Positions 1 to 13,265 are shown, counted from the stretch's first letter. The stretch is DNA of 48,842 bases from Chromera velia (GCA_018398765.1 JAHBMJ010000404.1:1-48842); one strand, 5' to 3'. A program made the numbers and translations. Notes: a model not told the origin generated them from the letters alone.

Positions 1-967
1 GTCACCTGTCTTGCACCTCTCTAGTGATATCTCTTCCTTTACCCTCTCTCTATCCTCCCTTGCCTCTCTGTTTCTCCATTCCCTATCACTGCACACCGTC
101 TGTCTGCCTCTGTCTGTCTTCATGCTATCTGAGGACTCGACCTCCATTCTCAGTCCCCTACACCTTTCTCCTTCTTTTCTGCCTCCAGCCGCGCACTCTG
201 CTGTCTCCTTTCCTTGCCATTCTTGCGTTCCTTTTCTTTTCTCTTCCCGGTGTAAATCAAGCCTCACTAACTCTTCCATTGGCGCGCTGGAGGTGAAACT
301 TTGCTGTCTATCTCTACTGTCTAGGTCCGAGAGCTGCGAGGGAACGTCAACAGGTCGAGCAGGATGCGACGAAAAGGGGGGAGTGCTTTCAGACAAAGAG
401 TCATCCGTTAAGCACGCAAAACAGTTACTACCCGAGGAAACAGTAGAGCCAGTTTCTGACAGAGGATGAAGAGTAGGTCTTAAAAAACGGGGAGGGCAAG
501 TTCTTGCAGGCACTAGAAAAGGCTCATCGAAATGTGTGCATTCGAACAAAAGCAATGCCTCATCAACAGGGAAGAAAAACAAGGAAGAAGAAGAAGAAGA
601 AGAAGAAGAAGANGAGGGAGAAAGAAAAGAAAGAGAAACGGAAGACGAGTCAGGAGGGCTTACTGTTAACAAGCGGTCATCATTTACCAAGAGTCGCCCC
701 ATCCTCTTGCTGGAACCCCCCACTGCCCCCAGTTCCTCCCCCTGTGTTCCCCCATTTCGCCGGCCCTGAGCTATGGAAAGGAGTGTCGCACGCGTACGTG
801 TCGGCCTTCAGGTTGGTTGGTCCCTGACGCTCCTCGGGACGGGGTCCGGTTGGTCCCTGAGGGTCCGCGGGACGCGGGGTCCCTGCGATGATGCGATCGC
901 GGACAACCGGAGCGGGCCGGGGGGGCGGGTGCATGCACATGACCTGCAATGACCTGCATGGTCCCAT
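1..967 (-). CDS. Hypothetical protein, 5' part (exons 967-688 and 512 to window edge); runs off the window
   Basis: ATG at 967 (MGPCRSLQ...GATL), donor G|GTAAAT at 687, pyrimidine-rich intron, acceptor TTTCTAG| at 513. The phase-1 join gives a frame with no stop from 512 to base 1 (checked codon by codon). No recognisable domain. Confidence 0.55.
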
Positions 968-1274
968 CCGCTAGCTTCCATAACCGATTGACATCATTTG
1001 ACATCCCTTATCTGATCATCATTCGATCTCAGCTGGGCTTGCAGAAGCTGTAAAGAAGCCTCATTTCTTGTTCTCCCTTGATTTCCCCTTCGCTTGGCTC
1101 TTTTCAGGGAATTGCCAGCCAGCCGCGAGTGCTTTCTGCCTCTTCTCACGTCTCGATCCACGCACAGCGTATCAGGGTCGGTAGGTCTGGCGATGGATGG
1201 GAAGAGTCTGCAACCCGCTGCAATGCCCACAGCAGTGCTGGAAGGTGAGAGGAAAGTCCAGGATAGCCAGTTGA

Positions 1275-3726
1275 ATGGACAAGTGGACTTTCCTCTCAAT
1301 GTCTTTCCTCGGGAAGAAAGCTGGAGCAGAGGACAAAGGAGACGCCAGGAACAGCATGCCGGTTTCGTCACAAGAAGATCAAGAAGACGGTGGTAGTCCA
1401 AGTTCAGCTTCAGGCTGGCACTGTCCTCAGGAAGATGTATTGGTGAGGCTGCCGGACAAGACCCTCCTTTCAGGTGAGAGCCGTGACCTGTGAGTGAAGG
1501 TTTTGACACACTGATGAGTGATTTTGTGGTGGACGCATGAATTCTTATTTTTGCGTGCTTGTGCGCGGTAGAAGGGACTGTCCGAAACGCCTCTTTCTGG
1601 TTTTTCCGCGATTCCCGTCTCTCTCCTTTTCTCTCTCGCGTGCAGTCAGGAAACCCTCCATCTTCCCGTCTCCCCCCTCTCGCTTCCCTCCCTGCTCTCT
1701 CTTTGCAGGGCGGCACGGTGCCTCTCTCCCTTTGGTGCCCCCTGCACAGTCCGTGTCTTCACATTCCGAAACAGATGGAAAACCCTTCCCCCCCCTCCCA
1801 GAAGCCGCTATTTCGACCCTTGTGAATCACGCAAAGCCCGTTCCACAGGTGAGCTGTGTGGACTCGATTGCTATTGTGTCGCTTTCAATCGGTTATTCTA
1901 CATCCATGTGCGTCACTTGCTCCCCCAATTCGCAATCGCAGCCACTGTCAACATCGCGTGGGATCACTGCAACGATTCCCTTCTTTTCCCTCCCCCCCCC
2001 TTCCCTTTCCTTGTTGTGCAGGAGGTGTCCAGTTTTGCGTCCTGGAGAATTTCCTTCGGACTTTCCTGGGTGATCATTCTTTTGATCAAGAACGTGAGTG
2101 AGAGCTTCTGTGAGAGAGACTTGAGAGTCCATGTTCGTTTTTTTCTCTCCTGCGCTGGCCCTTCTTCGATCCGTTTTGCTGTTCCAACAAGGTCGTTCGT
2201 TCGTTCACTGTGCAGGAAAGACTCAATCAACAGTGTACGAACGAAAATAGAAAAAGATGGAGAAAGAACGGTGTGTCAAAGCTTTTGACGGGTGTTGAGG
2301 AGGGTACCGGTGAGATCGGATGTAAGGGAGGCCCACGGAGGACGTGCGACAAGAAACGCTGAGAAAAACCTCTTCTGCGAATTTGTGTCTTTGCGGAGGA
2401 GGGTGCGAGTGCAGCTTCCCTGTTTTTGCTTCAGAGGTCAGTGAATTGTCCTGCGTCAGTCGATCACTTACCCGACTGATTTGTCGGAGGCTGAGCGTGT
2501 ATCGTGTGATCGATTGAAAGGATGGATCTTAATAGATACTGGAGTGATGTCATGCGGATCGCCTGTGACGGTTGTGGTTGGGGGGGGGCTCGAGAGAGAA
2601 AAGTGGGCAGCTCCTCTTTTGTGTTCGTCTTCCCTTTTCTTTTTTTGGCCATGTCTCCGCATGTCTGCCTCCTGTGTGTGTGCACGTCCTTTCTGACTGT
2701 CGTACAGGAGGCAGGCTTTCCCACGGGAAGGCATTTCTTCTCCTGAACCTCCTGCCTCCACACTGTGAGACGTTGGGACTCGGTAGGTAGACGCGCAAAA
2801 CCTTCTGTTTCTTTTTTTCTCTTCTTTTCTCTTCTTTTGTTTTCTTTTCTCTTACAGCAAAAAGCTGGAGGGACTTGCATCGCGTGGCCGTGTAAGCACT
2901 TACACCCCGACATCCTGTCCCTCTTCGTTTTGTCAAGTCTTTCGTATCTCTTTACTTCCTGCATGTGTTATTGCGTGCGCGCTTTCCTTTCTCCATGTCT
3001 TCTTTCAGGCTCTCTCCTTGCACAAGTTGGTCGGACGTCTTCCTTCCTTCTTTCTTTCCTTCCTTCCTTCCTTCCTTCCTTCCTTCTTTCCTTCCTTCCT
3101 TCCTTCCTTCCCCCCTCTCTTTTCTTTTCTTCTCTCTTCTCCTGCAGGGCCCTCTGTTGTCGGAAGCTCTGCACTGCCTATCCTCGTGCAGTACTTTCAA
3201 AGACTGAAAGACGAGAGCGGCAAGAAGGCAGAGATGGACAAGAACACAAAGCCGTTTTTCAGAAGTCTGAGCTTCGATGGTCAGAAGGAAGGGTTAGGAG
3301 ACTTTGAAAGTGCGTTTAATTCCAGGAATGTATACGAGTGCCCTGGCGCGTGGGGCGGTGGGGCGATTCAAAGGTCTCAGAGAGTCAGTGCCCAGACTTT
3401 CCTGAAGTTTCTGGCCGAAAGATATATGACCTGCTGTTGGTTAGGGCGAATGCGGAGGAAATGAAATTCAAGCGCTTCTCTTTCTTCCTCTGTCTCTCAG
3501 ACGGCAGTCATGCAAACATTGAGACAGACGCTTCGACATTCACAGTCGGTCACTCACTGGTCTTCCCCAGGCGGAAAAATTGGCCGTTTCCAGTATATGA
3601 ATACTTCCATCCTTCCTTCTTTCCTTTGTCTCCATGGCCTCTTCCTCTTTTTGTGTTGGATTTCCATCTCTTTTTTCTCTCTCATTCGATCCGGCTCTTC
3701 TTACTTCCTAGTCCTCTTCTGATAAG
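1275..3726 (+). CDS. Probable upstream exons of the LRR gene (model only partly resolved)
   Basis: Phase-consistent joins 1275-1473, 1709-1848 and 2022-2093 with GTGAG donors and (Y)n-GCAG acceptors. Further acceptors at 2215, 3147 and 3500; donor GTAAAT at 3727. The start codon and the full link to the 4522 exon could not be fixed. Confidence 0.4.
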
Positions 3727-4521
3727 GTAAATGAAATTTGCAGAAACGACTCTCGGAGAACGGGAAGCATTCACGCTCTTCCCAGTGCTCCCCTACTCTT
3801 TGAGGGTGCTCAACTTGAAGGGTGGGTGGTTGTCTTGATCCGTTCCACATTAGAGTGCGTGTGTGCCCTTTCGTCTGTTTGCCTGTCTGACTGCCTGTCA
3901 AAGAAAAAGGCCACGGAGTGCGCGTCCAGGAAAAAACATGAAGAAAGAATCAAAGGAGGAAGAAAAGCAGGAATGGGGGCAGAAAGGCGGACGAGAGGGA
4001 CGTGCCATTTTTACGTATCTGTCTGTCTTGCTGTCTCTCTGTCTGTTGGCCTGGCGCTTGGCGAGAGAGGAGTCAGAGCGAACGTCTAAAAGTTTTGTCC
4101 ATGCTCTGGTGACCTTCCACTGTGTGCATTGAAAGAAAGAAGGGGACACAAAAGAAGAAAGAAAGAGGAAGAAGGAAAAGAGAATCAAAGAGAAATGGGG
4201 GGAGCGTGAGTAACGCGATCATGCTTCTTTTCTTTGCGGGTCCATAGTTTTCTGTCTTTCTGGTCTGTCTATCCTTTTTCGTCATCAGACAAGAGAGGGA
4301 AAGAAAGGACAGGAAAGGAGGGGAGATGGAATCTGTTTGCCTGTTTGTCTGTTTTCCCGTAACAAGACAGGGAAAACACAGAAGAAAAGAAAAACTGATG
4401 TGGTTTGACGGTTGCTTGGTGCTGGAGAAAGTGTATGTGAGTGAATGTCTGAATCTGCGGCAGAGAAAATGAAGGAATAGTTAGTGTATGGGTTTCGTTT
4501 CTGCCATTTTGTTTCCTGCAG

Positions 4522-6093
4522 GAAATCGCATTGCCAAGGGAGGTTTCAAAGCTCTTGCAGAAGCAGGTGGGAGGGCGTGGGGGGACGGTGCGGGGGGGTG
4601 GCGGGGGTTGAAATTCAATTTGGAAGACACGGGGATGGATGCCGGGGCCCTTGAGACTCTCTCAGATGCGGGGGGGGTTGAGGAATTGCGGCTGGGGGGC
4701 AATCCAGGACTGTTAACGTCTGAGTTGTCTGTCATGTCTTTGTGTGTGTGGGTGGGCAGGCTGGGGCGTGAGCTTCGCGTGCTAAGTCTGAGAGACGTCG
4801 GACTGACCGACTGCCTCCTTCACAGGTTTTCTTTGTGGTTGGGTGAAAAAGAGAGGGGAAGGTTTTGCAGATCGTCTTGCCTCCCTTGAGGAGTTGGACC
4901 TCTCTGACAACAACATTGGGCGGTGTGGTGTCGTGTCGTTCTCTTCTGTCTTGAACCGACTCTGTTTGCCTGCTCTGGAAAGACTGGACATGATGGGTTG
5001 TCCTGTGAGTATGAGTGGGGCTTTTTCGTTGATGAGCGCACTGGAGAATGAAGAGATCGGACCGCCGTTGGAGTCTGTTTGCATGCGGTTGTGCCTCGAG
5101 AGCCAGACATCAGGGGAGCAGGGGGGTGAAAAGAGTGACGAGACCCTCGCGCGTAGTTTGGGGGGGGGGCATCTTCCCTTCGTTCGTGTTTTGTCTTTGG
5201 ATTTGGAGGGTGTGGATGTGGCGGTCGGGTTTTTAGAGGCTCTCTCTGGGCCTGGTCGCTCGCATTTGATTCGTTTGCATTTGAAGCTGATTGATTCTTT
5301 TGATTCCCTCGGTGTGCTTTCGGGGCTCGCGGCAGGAATCCGGTCTGGTCAGCTTGAGTGTCTGCATAGCATTCGATTTTGCGAAGTTTTGATTCCCTCT
5401 GTTGAGGGGAACCTGGGAGATGGTGGGGATGGGGTGAGTGCCTTGGAGATTTTGGAGGAACGAAATGCATTTTTTGAAGCTTTGAAGGACAAGAAACTGC
5501 CCCGTCTTACTGAACTGAATCTTGGGTGGCTGGGAACGGATGACGGCAGTGTGGCGTGTCTAGGCCATGCTGTTTGGAGGGGTAATTTGGGAGGTTTACG
5601 TGAGGTCGGCCTGAGCCACAGCTGCTTTGGGCGGGTTGGGTTGGGGGCCCTTTTTGGCGAGGGTGAGGATGGGTTGAAACAGCGCGGCTTTGACAAATTG
5701 GAGTCTTTGGATCTTTCTCATACCGCTTGTATGGCTGGGGGGGGTGCGTCCGTCTTTGCAGCCGCTGTTCGTTCATCGTTTTTCCCTGCTCTGTCGTCCC
5801 TCCGTCTCGGTTTTTGTGGTCTGACTGACGAGGGTTTGAGGGAGATGGGAGAGGCAGTGGAAGAGAGTAGCGGGCTGTCTTCGCTCAAGCTCTTCGACAT
5901 CTCTGGTAATTCAGAGATATCTGTGGGGGGCTTCGGGGTGTTTGTGTCTTCTTTGTCTCCCCGGTCTTTGCCTCTTCTTCGTGACCTTGGACTCTCACTT
6001 CAAAGAGGGACAAAAGATGAAATGGAGGGGGTGCTGCAAGAGGGAAAGGGGCAGGGGAAGCTTTTGGAAGTTACTCTCTTCTTCTGCCCTTAA
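4522..6093 (+). CDS. Leucine-rich repeat protein (ribonuclease-inhibitor-like LRRs), 3' coding region
   Basis: Acceptor CCTGCAG| at 4521. Repeated LxxLxLxxN/C motifs: VEELRLGGN, LRVLSLRDVGL, LEELDLSDNNIG, LERLDMMGCPV, LTELNLGWLG, LESLDLSHT, LSSLRLGFCGL, LKLFDISGN. Stop TAA at 6093. The frame changes near 4843-4870. Confidence 0.8.
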
Positions 6094-7058
6094 ATGATTG
6101 GCGCTTTTTTCTGCTTCAACATGACCGTGTCAGCTTGACCGACCGTCAATCTCTGTCACTCCTCTCTCCTCTCTCCCTCCCTCTTCCCCCCCCCCCCCNN
6201 NNNNNNNNNNNNNNNNNNNNNNNNNNNNNNNNNNNNNNNNNNNNNNNNNNNNNNNNNNNNNNNNNNNNNNNNNNNNNNNNNNNNNNNNNNNNNNNNNNNN
6301 NNNNNNNNNNNNNNNNNNNNNNNNNNNNNNNNNNNNNNNNNNNNNNNNNNNNNNNNNNNNNNNNNNNNNNNNNNNNNNNNNNNNNNNNNCCCTCTCTCTC
6401 TGTCTTCGTCTCTCTCCCTCCCCACGACTCGCGCACCGAGGCCTAGACCTGGGCGATGCATGAGGTGAGAGGGGCGTCGAAGAAGAAGAAGAAAAAAAAG
6501 AAGAAGAAAGAGGCCTGCTTTTGCGAATTGGACACTCGAACGCAAAACAACTTCGCCTGCCGAGGGTAGTGGAGCCGCCGGAAGAGCGCTCTTGGGAGAG
6601 ATTGCGAGAGACCAGAATGTGGGTGGATCGATATTCGTGTGATGAAATCAAAGCAGCTAGCAGAGCAGCTTTATAGAGAAGAAACTAACCTCAAATTTTC
6701 TAGTTTGAACTATATATGTATATACTGCATGCCCAAGGCCGATGTCCATTCTTTTTTTTTTAAATCACTGTACGCTAGACTGTGCGTCGCCTAGAGCTAG
6801 ATAAAAAAGAAAAAAAAATGGCAATGTCTATATATTTTTTTAAATTCACTTGAAAGTTGTCTTAATTGTTTTCATACTAATCATTGAACGGGTTTGTCAT
6901 CCAGGGACTCGTCTTTGGTCACTCGTTTAATCACCTACTATCATATGCACCCTCACCATTCACATCATTTCCTTCAATTTCTTCCTCAGTCTCTCGCCGT
7001 CTCTCTGTCCTATAGTTTCTCCTTCTCTCTTTCCCCCTCTTTCTCCCTCTTTCTCCTT

Positions 7059-7100
<42 letters not shown>

Positions 7101-7792
7101 TTCTCTCTCTCTCTCTCCCCCTCTCTCTCTAGGAGCTCTCTCACTCTCTGAAACTCTCTCTCTCTTTTTCTCTCTCTCTGTGTATCTCGGATTGTCTCTT
7201 TGTCTCCCTGTCTCTCTGTCTGTCAGTATAATAATATCTCTGTCTTTTTCTCTCTGTCTCTGTCTCTGTCTCTGTCTTCATCTCTCTTTCCTCTTTTTCT
7301 CCTTTTTCTCCTCTCTCCCTTCCCATCCCCCCCCCCCCCNCCCCCCCCCCCCCCCCTCTTTCTCTCTCTAGCAGGCTCGAGCCAAATTAAATCTCTTACT
7401 GCCACTGAGACGATATATTAATGAAGTTATATTAATATAGACTTACGTCTGCGCACAAAGCATGCGATTCATGCATACAGTGACTAACTTGTATTCATTA
7501 ACACATCCTACTTCCTACTATAGTATAGTCCAGTTTTCTCCGGACCGCGTTGTCCTCACTTTTGTAAAAACTTGGTATCTGGGTATATCTGGGACAAGAA
7601 TTAACAAAACATGACAAAACACAAAGTTTGTGTACGCCTCTACTCGGTTCGTCCGCGTACTGCATGCGCTGTCCGAAATTCTTCGGCGTGCGATGCGCGC
7701 CTACTCTCGTGTATCGATATTTAATTGTCCCGGATTTTTATATCCACGTATTTACATATCGAAATATATAGATCGATCTGTATACATGTGTC

Positions 7793-8731
7793 TTAATTAT
7801 CCTGCGAATGCTCAATTGTTGTACCTCTCCCGACTGCTAAAGCCGGACTGCTGACACACTTTTCTTCCTTAATCACCACAGTGACCCGCTCATGATCTGT
7901 GAGTACCTGCAAGCTCAAGCAGAGACATAGACCAAAGCAGTCAGAGACGCAGAGTATTTGAGAAGTCAAATGCAATTTCACCACCCAGGACAGGGGGGAC
8001 AAGGTGGGCTGCAAGCCGCCCCGCTTCATCTTATCCAGGGCAATCACCAAGTTGCTGTGCTCAATTTACCCCTATCTCTTCCCCCAAACCAGTCAGCCGA
8101 ACTGTTTTGTTAACGTGGTAAATTTCGTTTTCGAGGAAGACTCAAACTTCCAACTCTGCTCTGAAACAGGGGGCAAGCAATTGCAAGAAGACAGCCGTTG
8201 GCCACATGAAATGCAAGAAGAATGTATAGCCCGTTGGCCTTTACACGGATCTGACGGTGTGTGGGTATGCATTTTTCAATATGAAATTGTACCCTTCTCT
8301 GTAGATCTGCTCCACCCTCCAGACGGCCGTCTCGACGGTCATCAAGATCCGGACCATACCCAAGTGAGACCCCGGGACAAATAATTGGGCGACTCCAGAG
8401 TGTGTTGGCACAAATGTCTGAGAGGTCAGTGGAATTGGGGGTCTTGGAGCTAAAACGCAGTGTCATGCAATGATATGTCAGAGCTAGAAAACTGATTCAT
8501 GCATACTCGCATGGTCATGGGCATGAGCGGCACACTTTTCTTAGCGCGATCGATGCGTGTGAGGGTATGGTCCAGCTCAAACAACATCGTGGAATAAAGC
8601 TCCAGGATGCTGTCAGACCGCGCTTCGAGGAATAAAACTCCTGGGCGTAACACCAACACTGTGGGGGGCAACCAGGGTGCTGTTCTGGCCACGTGCACCG
8701 GGAACGGAAGGTTTTCAGGCGCACCACTCAT
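7793..8731 (-). pseudogene. Possible degraded coding relic
   Basis: Three adjacent or overlapping minus-strand ORFs of non-repetitive composition in different frames (8450-8731, 8110-8466, 7793-8050). No family recognised. Confidence 0.2.
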
Positions 8732-9083
8732 TTGTGCTACAGCAGCTGTGTTGCCGTAAATGCACGTCTATTATGTTTTTACATGGTGCATGTATCGGGC
8801 TGCTGTATGCGCACGCATGATCTCTTAGGGCGTAATTGCCTGTGAGAACGTGTGACCCTTCCTGAGATGCATGACAGTCACTTCAGTTGCTCTTTCACAA
8901 ACACACTTGGACGCTGCCATTGGCTCATGTGCACTCCCCAATCTTTTGCTGTTTCTTTCTGCACACACAATCCCTTTGTGTGTGTATGCAGTGACATCAT
9001 TCATCACGTAGTCCTTCGCGAGGCAGACTACAAGGACAGCGAAGTCGAACGTCACGGCCCAAGGGAACAGGGTACGAAAGAGT

Positions 9084-9477
9084 GAGTGGGTGGGTGAGTG
9101 TGGGAGTGAGTGAGTGAGTGAGTGAGTGAGTGAGTGAGTGAGTGAGTGAGAGAAAGAGGGAGTGAGTGAGGGAGGGAGGGAGGGAGTGAGTGCGTGCATG
9201 CGTGCGTGAGTGAGTGAGTGAGTGAGCGATTAAGGGAGTCAGTGAGTAGTAATTAAGTAAGTGAGTGGGTGACTGATAAGCTGACTGACGGAGTCAGGGA
9301 GTGGGCGGGTGGTTGAATGAAGAGAAAGTGAGTGAAGAGGAAGTGAGTGAGTGAGTGAATGAGTGAGTGAGTGAGTGAGCGAATGAGAGTGAATGAGTGA
9401 GTGAGTGAGTGAGTGAGTGAGTGAGTGAGAGGGGGGGAGAAAGGAAGGAAAAAAAGAACGGGAAGAGAGAAGGTGTT

Positions 9478-9539
<62 letters not shown>

Positions 9540-9610
9540 AGAGAGAGAGAGACCGAGAGAGACCGAGAGAGAGGCTAGGAGAGAGGGGGGAGAATGAGTA
9601 TTTGTGTGTT

Positions 9611-9651
<41 letters not shown>

Positions 9652-9685
9652 CGTGTGTGTGAAAGAGAGAAACAGAGAGAAAAAC

Positions 9686-9726
<41 letters not shown>

Positions 9727-9878
9727 GAGAGAGAGAGAGAAAAAGGGGGAAAGAGAAAGAGAAAAAGGGAGAGGGAGAGAGAGAGAAAAAGGGAGAGAGA
9801 GAGAGAGAGAGAGAGAGAAAGAAAGAAAGAAGAGGAGGAGAGGGGAGGGAGAGGGAGAAAGAGAGGGAGAAAGAGAGG

Positions 9879-9916
<38 letters not shown>

Positions 9917-9918
9917 CG

Positions 9919-9949
<31 letters not shown>

Positions 9950-9960
9950 AGAAAGAGAGC
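9084..9960. repeat. Compound microsatellite (GAGT)n/(GT)n/(GA)n
   Basis: Directly visible tandem runs. Confidence 0.95.
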
Positions 9961-9988
9961 AACAGAGAGCCTGACGGAGACTACGAAC

Positions 9989-10631
9989 ATGGTGAAGAAA
10001 AAGGGGGATCAGGCATTGGAGACCAAGTCCTCCAAATCCAAGTCAGTTTGCGAACTACTGCACACTCGGTATGTAGCACGTGAAGCGTGAAGGCACTGGC
10101 ACGGAGAAGAGAACGATTTGACCTGTAAGCAGCCTGGTTTTCCATCTGATTTATGGTCAATGGAACGTCAAGCTGTGGTCAATAAAAGAGGGGCCCGGTC
10201 AGAACGTGTTTCTTCTCGCCAAAGTCCGATGTTAGCCCTAGCGTCTAACACCTTGCACGTATGTACTGTACGTTGTGTACCGTCCTCTTTTCTGCACTGG
10301 ATTTCTTCATGCATGCAGATCTACGTCAACTTCATCGTCGAAGGCTATCCTAATTAGAGAGATCTCTGATGCGGGTATGCCGAAACAACTGGCCGAGGCA
10401 GTGGCAAACCGTCTGGGGAAGTGCGACGACTTGGAGAGAATCAAGTTGGAGATCAAGAACAAGAATTTCACCGTTAACCTAGAGCGTAAGGTCCAGGTGT
10501 CAATCGACATAGATGAAGGCCGCTCCAGGCACACGGATCATGTAGATGGATCCATAAAGGCAGCGAGAAGGATGACAGAGGACATTGCTAGGGACATTGC
10601 GGAGCAGACTTGGGAGATTGAGAACGACTGA
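9989..10631 (+). CDS. Small two-exon hypothetical protein (~130 aa; exons 9989-10068, 10319-10631)
   Basis: ATG at 9989 (MVKKKGDQ...), donor CG|GTATGT at 10069, acceptor CATGCAG| at 10318. The phase-2 join enters the ORF ...RSTSTSSSKAILIREISDAGMPKQLAEAVANRLG...WEIEND*; total 393 nt. Confidence 0.5.
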
Positions 10632-12060
10632 GAAGGCTGAGAGCGGCCGCTGAGAGTGAATGAGTCTTGTTTTGTACTGTGTGTGTAAATTGTACAATGG
10701 GCGGCTCGCCTGCATTTTCGAAGTCTGCCTTCACCCTCTTTACTGCCTGCCCATACCTCGACGGGCCAAATCCATTTGTAGCGATGACAAACAACACACT
10801 TCTGTTGAAGAACCCTGTGTAGCGGGCTCTTGCGTGCCTCTTCAACACACAGATTGAAGGTAAGCCAAAGATGAATGGACGTGAGGATAAACAACTGTTT
10901 ACCTAAATGCGTTAGCCGTGGACGCTGTTGTTTTCCAATGAACAAAAACTCATCTTTTGGGCCTCTGTGCTTGTGTTTGTCTGCCCCCCCTGCTGCTGTC
11001 TGTGTGCAGATCGAAAGAGAGAAGTGGCAGCGTCGAACAACGTCCACTCTTCTGAGCCACTTACATCTACAGAGACCGTGAGGCCCTTCGCTTTCTTCAC
11101 GTGCTAATTTTTTCTGGATCTCTTTGAGCCGCTCTAATGTAAAGATTCCCGAGCTTTTCCTCTCTCTGTGGAGGGGAGTGGTCCGAGTGGAGCGACAGAA
11201 GCAGAGCTGCGCAATGATTTAGAATTCATCATGCATATGAATGTATCTGTGTGAGAGAGAGGAGACTGATAAAACGAAATCTCTTTACTGTCACATAATT
11301 TGAGAATGCTGTTGGTCACACTATTGGCAGAGACTGCATATGTAGATCAAAGGCACAGAACGAAAATCACTTTGCCCCTCCAGGCTCCTGCTTAGCTGTC
11401 TGGTCTGCAAAAGGTTTTCCCCTTATTTTCTCAATCATGTCTCTTCTTCTTGTACTCCTTTTCTGTCAAATTTCTGGACGGAAAGGAAAACATCGAATCT
11501 GACATCTACTAACATCTACTAAAAAAGCTCTAGTAAAGAAAGCGCTCTTGCTATTAGGATTTATTAGGATTGAACTGTTGATTAAGGTCCTTAATTATTT
11601 ATATTTACTATACACGCAGTGATCATAAGTCTGAATTATAACTTTATAAGTCTTTTGAGAGTACAGGGCCCATAACATTCAAGTCTAGATTCAAGTCTAT
11701 AATTTTAAGTTGTTATCGCTATGCCTAGTCGTCTAGGTGTGATCTGTAAAGTTATTTTTATAATAAAGTCTAAGCACAGACTTTAGACTTTAAAACTTCT
11801 TTGGTTTTAAAACTTTAAGAATAAAAGGCTTGAACATTTTGATGTGTTGTTCAGGATTGTTTAGCTTTTTAAAGCACTTTCCAATGTATGACAAAAAACT
11901 TTTAAAGTGCGTTTCAAAAGTTATATTTTAGAGTCTACACACTCTGACAAACTATAGGCGTGAACGTTTTCCCATTTAAAAACGAAAAAAGGTTTTAAAC
12001 TTTATTTCACTTTAAAACTTTATAGATCAGTCGTAGCTAGTCCGAGTCATCATGCATATA

Positions 12061-12762
12061 GGGGCTATATAAAAATTTATTTGCGTGCCAATGGTACATA
12101 AACGGGCTCTAGGGGGGGNGGGGGGGGGGGGGTCTTTGCGTGCCATCGAGCCTTTTTTGAGCATTCATCTCAGTAAGGTCTGGTAGACAAGCCGTAAGTG
12201 CTCAATCTTGATCCCTATGGTTGCCATATAACTTGAAAAGCCACTAGATGGTTTCTCCAGATGTTATCTGGTTTTGAAGTACCAGAGGTTTAAAATTGTA
12301 AAAAATTGTCTGACATTTTCATTCCCCCTCCATGATTCCCTCATCTCCCTCCCTGACAAGTCTCCTCTAATGCCCTGCAATGCTCTGGATGCTTCAGTCG
12401 AAGAATTCTGGTATAAACGCCCTTGTAGATTGTGTTGTTTTAGGTATGGGGATCTTGACCTTGTTGTTTAATGAAAGATAAACAGACGCAGCTTCTAATT
12501 CTCTTTCTAAAGCCTCACCCCCATCGCCCCTCTCCACGATAGCTTTTTGCGGACATGCATTAGACGAGGAGCTAGAAGAAGTATCATCATGATTCAAATT
12601 TTTGTATAATAATTCAAATTTGGGTCTTTAACAAGTTTTTGATAAGTTTTTAACTTAAGTTTTAGTAGTTGTTCAACATGATTTTGGACTTTAAACGGTA
12701 AAAAAGTTAGTGTCAAATTTTTTTTTTTTAAGAAAAACATTTGCATGCCAAAGCGAGAAGGT

Positions 12763-12794
<32 letters not shown>

Positions 12795-12836
12795 CTTGCG
12801 TGCCATTGGCACTCAAATGAATTTTTACATAGCCCC
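12061..12836. mobile_element. Non-autonomous DNA transposon (MITE-like), 37-bp TIRs, 3-bp TSD ATA; PIF/Harbinger-like by inference
   Basis: Left GGGGCTATATAAAAATTTATTTGCGTGCCAATGGTAC versus reverse complement of right end GGGGCTATGTAAAAATTCATTTGAGTGCCAATGGCAC (33/37). ATA at both 12058-12060 and 12837-12839. Confidence 0.75.
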
Positions 12837-13265
12837 ATACTACCAGAGTCTACCACTACCTAGGGGCTAGGCGATGCTAGAGGCGACACATAATGGTTAA
12901 AAAAAAAACCGGAAAGGTCTATTCCTCGGTCTATTCATTTTTTTCTTTTTTTGAAAATGATCATTAAAGCTCAAATAAGCAGAAACCGTATGAGTTACCT
13001 ATGTTTTATGCTTCAAAACGGCCTTGAAGCAGCTCTAGGAGGAGCTAGAAAAAAAAAAATGCCAACGGCTATGTTCTTTTTTTTTTTTCAGCCAGTTCTT
13101 AGCCGGTGCTTTTGGCAGCTTTTTGCAAATATGAGATAATGCCATAGTCCTATAAGCGTTATCACTTTTAAACCAAACACTAGCAGAGATGAAAGATTAA
13201 CACACTTTTTAGACTGGTCACTGGTTTCTGATCATGGTGTTTTATCTTTACATATAGTATAGGAT

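Noticed and set aside
6199..6389. N runs flanked by poly-C (also at 37168 and 38039)
   Set aside because: Assembly gaps at homopolymers; ORFs spanning them are meaningless.
9253..10090. ORFs of 159-245 aa rich in SL, ER, HT, VC
   Set aside because: Dinucleotide and tetranucleotide microsatellite artefacts; only the part from ATG 9989 is retained.
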